A stretch of DNA of 32,000 nucleotides from a cyanobacterium endosymbiont of Epithemia turgida isolate EtSB Lake Yunoko. Lineage in GTDB: Bacteria > Cyanobacteriota > Cyanobacteriia > Cyanobacteriales > Microcystaceae. The number at the start of each line of letters is the position of its first letter. Positions within the stretch are counted from its first letter, which is position 1. Location: contig NZ_AP012549.1 of assembly GCF_000829235.1 (NCBI RefSeq), positions 360,001-392,000 of the forward strand. Direction: 5' to 3'. The translations under genes were made by a program, and so were the position numbers. Below are positions 30,578 through 32,000 of this stretch, in pieces. Below the pieces are notes generated by a model. It was given only the letters and a program-made list of their open reading frames with translations, was not told the origin of the DNA and searched no databases.

Positions 30578-32000
30578 TTAGAAATTAGTATAATTAGTTA
30601 TAGCTTCAGTTAACTTTTCTATCACTTCATTAACCCCCATTTGCCCTAATTCACCTGATGTGCGAGTCCGAATGCTTAAATTGTTAGACTCCACTTCTTT
30701 TGAACCGACAATTGCCATTACAGGTATCTTTTGTTTTTCCCCATTACGAATCATTTTACCCAGTCTCTCTCCAGAGGCATCGGCTTCTGCACGAATATCT
30801 AATTTTTGCATCTTGTTTGCTATTTCTTTAGCATAATCTAACTGAACATCACTAATAGGTAAAATACGCACCTGAATAGGAGATAACCACAAAGGAAAAT
30901 CTCCAGCATACTCTTCGATTAGAATACCGATTAATCTCTCTATAGAGCCAAAAGGTGCACGGTGAATCATCACCGGACGTTGACGAGTTCCATTCTCTGC
31001 TATATATTCTAACCCAAATCGTTGGGGTAAATTATAATCAACTTGAACCGTTCCCAATTGCCATTCTCTTTCCAAAACATCTTGAAAAATAAAGTCTAAT
31101 TTAGGACCATAAAAAGCCGCTTCTCCTGGAGCCTCAAAATAGTCCATTTTCAGTGTTTGTACAGCGCGAAGAATGGCATGTTGAGATTTTTCCCAAACTT
31201 CGTCAGACCCAATATATTTACCTGGCTCATTACCTCTAAAACTTAATCTAGCCTTGAAATTATTCAGTTGCAAACTTTTAAAGACAGTAAGAATTAAATC
31301 AACCACATTAAGAAATTCTGCATCTAACTGATCAGGAGTAACGAATAAATGAGAGTCATCAACAGTAAACCCACGAACACGAGTTAATCCTCCTAATTCT
31401 CCTGACTGTTCGTATCGGTAAACTGTGCCAAATTCTGCCAACCGAACTGGTAAATCGCGATAAGAACGCAATTCACTTTTATAAATTTGGATATGAAAAG
31501 GACAGTTCATTGGTTTAAGAACAAATCCCATTTCTTGCGCTGCTTCCTCAGCATTTTCTGCCATCATAGGAAACATGTCCTTTTTATAATTTTGCCAATG
31601 ACCCGAAATTTTGAAAAGATCGATTTTAGCAATATGAGGGGTTACTACCCCAAGATAACCCCGTTTGATTTGTTCGTTCTTTAGAAAATTTTCCAGAGCA
31701 AACCTAATAATAGTTCCTTTGGGAGTCCACATAGGTAAACCTGGTCCCACGAGGTCAGAAAAGATAAATAACCCTAGTTCTTTACCTAATTTACGGTGAT
31801 CTCGTTTTAATGCTTCTTCCTTTCGTCGTTTATATTCGGCCAGTTGTTCAGGAGTTTCCCACGCAGTCCCATAAATACGTTGCAGTTGCGCTTTTGTTTC
31901 ATCCCCTCTCCAATAAGCTCCAGCCACACTTTCTAGATCAAATGCTCGGGGGTCAATATCTCCAGTAGTTTCCATGTGGGGACCAGCACAAAGATCCCAC
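30578..32000 (-). CDS. thrS: threonine--tRNA ligase; catalytic and anticodon-binding domains, N-terminus beyond the window edge
   Basis: The reading frame is open to the window edge (WDLCAGPHMETTGDI...). Class-II motifs are present: YRDLPVRLAEFGTVYRYEQSGELGGLTRVRGFTVDD and MIHRAPFGSIERLIGILIEEYAGDFPLWLSP. Confidence 0.92.
   Translation of the reverse strand, partial: WDLCAGPHMETTGDIDPRAFDLESVAGAYWRGDETKAQLQRIYGTAWETPEQLAEYKRRKEEALKRDHRKLGKELGLFIFSDLVGPGLPMWTPKGTIIRFALENFLKNEQIKRGYLGVVTPHIAKIDLFKISGHWQNYKKDMFPMMAENAEEAAQEMGFVLKPMNCPFHIQIYKSELRSYRDLPVRLAEFGTVYRYEQSGELGGLTRVRGFTVDDSHLFVTPDQLDAEFLNVVDLILTVFKSLQLNNFKARLSFRGNEPGKYIGSDEVWEKSQHAILRAVQTLKMDYFEAPGEAAFYGPKLDFIFQDVLEREWQLGTVQVDYNLPQRFGLEYIAENGTRQRPVMIHRAPFGSIERLIGILIEEYAGDFPLWLSPIQVRILPISDVQLDYAKEIANKMQKLDIRAEADASGERLGKMIRNGEKQKIPVMAIVGSKEVESNNLSIRTRTSGELGQMGVNEVIEKLTEAITNYTNF

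Overview
This is an AT-rich cyanobacterial chromosome segment in an advanced state of gene decay. Fourteen intact, conserved housekeeping genes are readable: glpD, ggpS, a thioredoxin, glgA, a Deg/HtrA protease, gmk, remA, rlmN, a GH3 NagZ-like glycosidase, rbfA, hisA, ribE, cysS and a partial thrS. With two small orphan ORFs they cover slightly under half of the 32 kb. The 0.5-3.4 kb spacers are not empty. Translating them by eye shows stop- and frameshift-riddled ghosts of glgB (branching enzyme), a class-III alcohol dehydrogenase plus S-formylglutathione hydrolase pair (frmA-frmB), a CPD photolyase, and a 5'-truncated MalK/GgtA-type ABC ATPase next to ggpS-glpD. Probable xisH/xisI and an ArsC/Spx-fold gene are also present. 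Between these lie 1-1.5 kb deserts of roughly 15% GC. I found no tRNA, rRNA, CRISPR array, transposase/IS or phage gene, and no intact candidate for a new multi-gene system (defence, secretion or biosynthesis). The pattern fits a cyanobacterium undergoing reductive evolution, most plausibly an obligate endosymbiont derived from a Cyanothece/Crocosphaera-type unicellular ancestor. That is an inference from gene content and remembered protein similarity, not a proven identification. Three sequence-level signals stand out. (i) A 56-bp perfect palindrome is written colinearly into the glgB ghost, and several other long perfect hairpins occur, suggesting template-switch mutagenesis. (ii) There is no canonical HIP1 (GCGATCGC), but there are five copies of its single-transition derivative GTGATCGC/GCGATCAC, the product expected from m5C deamination. 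(iii) A 39-nt perfect palindrome lies in the cysS leader.
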